Below, piece by piece: positions 60,201-64,000 of a stretch of DNA of 64,000 nucleotides; the first letter of the stretch is position 1, and each line of letters opens with the position of its first letter. This DNA comes from Eledone cirrhosa (lineage: Eukaryota). A program made the position numbers and the translations under genes. The stretch covers positions 38,378,001 to 38,442,000 of the forward strand of contig OZ024750.1 of the NCBI GenBank assembly GCA_964016885.1, written 5' to 3'. The notes below the pieces were generated by a model. That model had not been told where the DNA came from. It did not search any database and saw only the letters and a list, made by a program, of their open reading frames with translations.

Positions 60201-63200
60201 GTACACTGTATGTGATGTAACATGAAGCTATGACTAACCTCTACACTGTATGTGATGTACCATGAAGCTATGACTAACCTGTACACTGTATGTGATGTAC
60301 CATGAAGCTATAGCTAACCTATACACTGTATGTGATGTACCATGAAACTATGACTAACCTGTACACTGTATGTGATGTACCATGAAGCTATGGCTAATCT
60401 GTACACTGTATGTGATGTAACATGAAGCTATAGCTAACCTGTACACTGTATGTGATGTACCATGAAGCTATGACTAACCTGTACACTGTATGTGATGTAC
60501 CATGAAGCTATGACTAACCTGTACACTGTATGTGATGTACCATGAAGCTATGGCTAACCTGTACACTGTATGTGATGTACCATGAAGCTATGGCTAACCT
60601 GTACACTGTATGTGATGTACCATGAAGCTATGGCTAACCTGTACACTGTATGTGATGTACCATGAAGCTATGGCTAACCTGTACACTGTATGTGATGTAC
60701 CATGAAGCTATGACTAACCTGTACACTGTATATGATGTACCATGAAGCTATGACTAACATGTACACTGTATGCGATGTACCATGAAGCTATGACTAACCT
60801 GTACACTGTATGTGATGTACCATGAAGCTATGACTAACCTGTACACTGTATGTGATGTACCATGAAGCTATGACTAACCTGTACACTGTATGTGATGTAC
60901 CATGAAGCTATGACTAACCTATACACTGTATGTGATGTACCATGTAGCTATGACTAACATTTACACTGTATGTGATGTACCATGAAGCTATGGCTAACCT
61001 GTACACTGTATGTGATGTACCATGAAGCTATGGCTAACCTGTACACTGTATGTGATGTACCATGAAGTTATGACTAACATGTACACTGTATGTGATGTAC
61101 CATGAAGCTATGACTAACCTGTACACTGTATGTGATGTACCATGAAGCTATGGATAACCTGTACACTGTATGTGATGTACCATGAAGCTATGACTAACCT
61201 ATACACTGTATGTGATGTACCATGAAGCTATGACTAACCTGTACACTGTATGTGATGTACCATGAAGCTATGACTAACCTGTACACTGTATGTGATGTAC
61301 CATGAAGCTATGACTAACCTATACACTGTATGTGATGTACAATGAAGCTATGACTAACCCGTACACTGTATGTGATGTACCATGAAGCTATGGTTAACCT
61401 GTACACTGTATGTGATGTACCATGAAGCTATGGCTAACCTGTACACTGTATGTGATGTACCATGAAGCTATGGCTAACCTGTACACTGTATGTCATGTAC
61501 CATGAAGCTATGACTAACCTATACACTGTATGTGATGTACCATGAAGCTATGACTAACCTGTACACTGTATGTGATGTACCATGAAGCTATGGCTAACCT
61601 GTACACTGTTTGTGATGTACCATGAAGCTATGGCTAACCTGTACACTGTATGTGATGTACCATGAAGTTATAGCTAACCTGTACACTGTATGTGATGTAC
61701 CATGAAGCTATGACTAATCTGTACACTGTATGTGATGTACCATGAAGCTATAGCTAACCTGTACACTGTATGTGATGTACCATGAAGCTATGACTAACCT
61801 GTACACTGTATGTGATGTACCATGAAGCTATGACTAACCTGTACACTGTATGTGATGTAACATGAAGCTATAGCTAACCTGTACACTGTATGTGATGTAC
61901 CATGAAGCTATGACTAACCTATACACTGTATGTGATGTACCATGAATATATAGCTAACCTGTACACTGTATGTGATGTACCATGAAGCTATGACTAACCT
62001 GTACACTGTATGTGATGTACCATGAAGCTATGACTAACCTGTACACTCTATGTGATTTACCATGAAGCTATGGCTAACCTGTACACTGTATGTGATGTAC
62101 CATGAAGCTATGGCTAACCTGTACACTGTATGTGATGTACCATGAAGCTATGGCTAACCTGTACACTGTATGTGATGTACCATGAAGCTATGGCTAACCT
62201 GTACACTGTATGTGATGTACCATGAAGCTATGTCTAACCTGTACACTGTATATGATGTACCATGAAGCTATGACTAACATGTACACTGTATGCGATGTAC
62301 CATGAAGCTATGACTAACCTGTACACTGTATGTGATGTACCATGAAGCTATGACTAACCTGTACACTGTATGTGATGTACCATGAAGCTATGACTAGCCT
62401 GTACACTGTATGTGATGTACCATGAAGCTATGACTAACCTATACACTGTATGTGATGTACCATGTAGCTATGACTAACCTTTACACTGTATGTGATGTAC
62501 CATGAAGCTATGGCTAACCTGTACACTGTATGTGATGTACCATGAAGCTATGGCTAACCTGTACACTGTATGTGATGTACCATGAAGTTATGACTAACAT
62601 GTACACTGTATGTGATGTACCATGAAGCTATGACTAACATGTACACTGTATGTGATGTACCATGAAGCTATGGATAACCTGTACACTGTATGTGATGTAC
62701 CATGAAGCTATGACTAACCTATACACTCTATGTGATGTACCATGAAGCTATGACTAACCTGTACACTGTATGTGATGTACCATGAAGCTATGACTAACCT
62801 ATACACTGTATGTGATGTACCATGAAGCTATGACTAACCTTTACACTGTATGTGATGTACCATGAAGCTATGGCTAACCTGTACACTCTATGTGATGTAC
62901 CATGAAGCTATGACTAAACTATACACTGTATGTGATGTACCATGCAGCTATGACTAACCTGTACACTGTTTGTGATGTACCATGAAGCTATGGCTAACAT
63001 GTACACTGTATGTGATGTACCTTGAAGCTATGGCTACCCTGTACACTGTATGTGATGTACCATGAAGTTATAGCTAACCTGTACACTGTATGTGATGTAC
63101 TATGAAGCTATGACTAATCTGTACACTGTATGTGATGTACCATGAAGCTATGACTAATCTGTACACTGTATGTGATGTAACATGAAGCTATAGCTAACCT

Positions 63201-64000
63201 GTACACTGTATGTGATGTACCATGAAGCTATGACTAACCTATACACTGTATGTGATGTACCATAAAGCTATTGCTAACATGTACACTGTATGTGATGTAC
63301 CATGAAGTTATAGCTAACCTGTACACTGTATGTGATGTACCATGAAGCTATGACTAATCTGTACACTGTATGTGATGTACCATGAAGCTATAGCTAACCT
63401 GTACACTGTATGTGATGTACCATGAAGCTATAGCTAACCTATACACTGTATGTGATGTACCATGAAGCTATGACAAACCTGTACACTGCATGTGATGTAC
63501 CATGAAGCTATGACTAACCTATACACTGTATGTGATGTACCATGAAGCTATGACTAACCTGTACACTGTATGTGATGTACCATGAAGCTATGACTAACCT
63601 GTACACTGTATGTGATGTACTATGAAGCTATGACTAACCTATACACTGTATGTGATGTACCATGAAGCTATGACTAACCCGTACACTGTATGTGATGTAC
63701 CATGAAGCTATGACTAACCTATACACTGTATGTGATGTACCATGAAGCTATGACTAACCTGTACACTGTATGTGATGTACCATGAAGCTATGGCTAACCT
63801 GTACACTGTTTGTGATGTACCATGAAGCTATGGCTAACCTGTACACTGTATGTGATGTACCATGAAGTTATAGCTAACCTGTACACTGTATGTGATGTAC
63901 CATGAAGCTATGACTAATCTGTACACTGTATGTGATGTACCATGAAGCTATAGCTAACCTGTACACTGTATGTGATGTACCATGAAGCTATGACTAACCT

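Larger units (their letters stand above)
1..64000. repeat. 40-bp tandem satellite DNA array, 1,600 monomers, consensus GTACACTGTATGTGATGTACCATGAAGCTATG(A/G)CTAACCT; extends beyond both window edges
   Basis: Every 40-bp block matches the consensus with only a few substitutions. The register holds from base 1 to 64000 (the last monomer, 63961-64000, is the exact consensus). No spacer, inversion or foreign insertion was seen. Confidence 0.99.
40201..64000. repeat. Higher-order repeat domain, unit ~4.2-4.7 kb (reference copy 112 monomers = 4,480 bp, made of two 56-monomer halves)
   Basis: ctacactgta 41401/45561 (+4160), 49201/53681 (+4480), 53681/58401 (+4720); aatgaagcta 42501/46661 (+4160), 50301/54781 (+4480); catgaatata 48661/50901/53141 (+2240 twice). 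Confidence 0.75.

Noticed and set aside
1-64000. CRISPR array
   Set aside because: Monomers abut directly with no unique spacers, the variable part is only a few substitutions, and there is no leader or cas gene.
1-64000. Protein-coding repeat on the + strand
   Set aside because: The consensus has TGA at 13, 23 and 31 and TAA at 35. Because 40 is not a multiple of 3, every frame hits several stops per 120 bp.
1-64000. Minus-strand repeat protein under a TAG-reassigned genetic code
   Set aside because: The minus-strand consensus has only TAG stops (two per 120 bp per frame), leaving 37-codon stretches (LHGTSHTVYRLVIASWYITYSVQVSHSFMVHHIQCTG). However, variants create TAA (gtta, ttac, ggtta) and TGA (tgtcat, catcaa), all three frames are equivalent, and there is no codon-type conservation or gene context.
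1-64000. Embedded transposon, inversion, rRNA/tRNA or unique island
   Set aside because: Reading through the window, every 10-bp block fits the monomer in the same orientation and register.
1-64000. Synthetic or simulated sequence, or a deliberately encoded message
   Set aside because: Variants are shared in nested, collinear blocks with additional private mutations, as expected from natural duplication history. Local mis-assembly remains possible.
1-64000. Assigning an organism or a named satellite family
   Set aside because: I do not recognise the monomer and nothing in the window is diagnostic; a database search is required.

Overview
The whole 64,000-bp window is one uninterrupted, head-to-tail satellite DNA array of a 40-bp monomer, consensus GTACACTGTATGTGATGTACCATGAAGCTATGACTAACCT (40% GC; A12 T12 G8 C8; no CpG). 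It holds 1,600 monomers in a single orientation and register and runs off both ends of the window. I found no genes, RNA genes, transposons, CRISPR spacers or unique sequence, and I cannot support a claim of a new protein-coding system. The informative content is the substitution pattern. Monomer positions 32-33 switch among three common states (GA, GG, AG), and rare variants recur in ordered series. These series reveal nested higher-order structure: a 56-monomer (2,240 bp) period, a ~112-monomer (~4.5 kb) two-part higher-order repeat, a ~10.4-11.4 kb duplication, and many local tandem duplications of 120 bp to ~5 kb, all in whole-monomer steps. An array this long is most typical of eukaryotic heterochromatin, but organism and function cannot be determined from this window. 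All offsets were read by eye from marker variants and need confirming by alignment.
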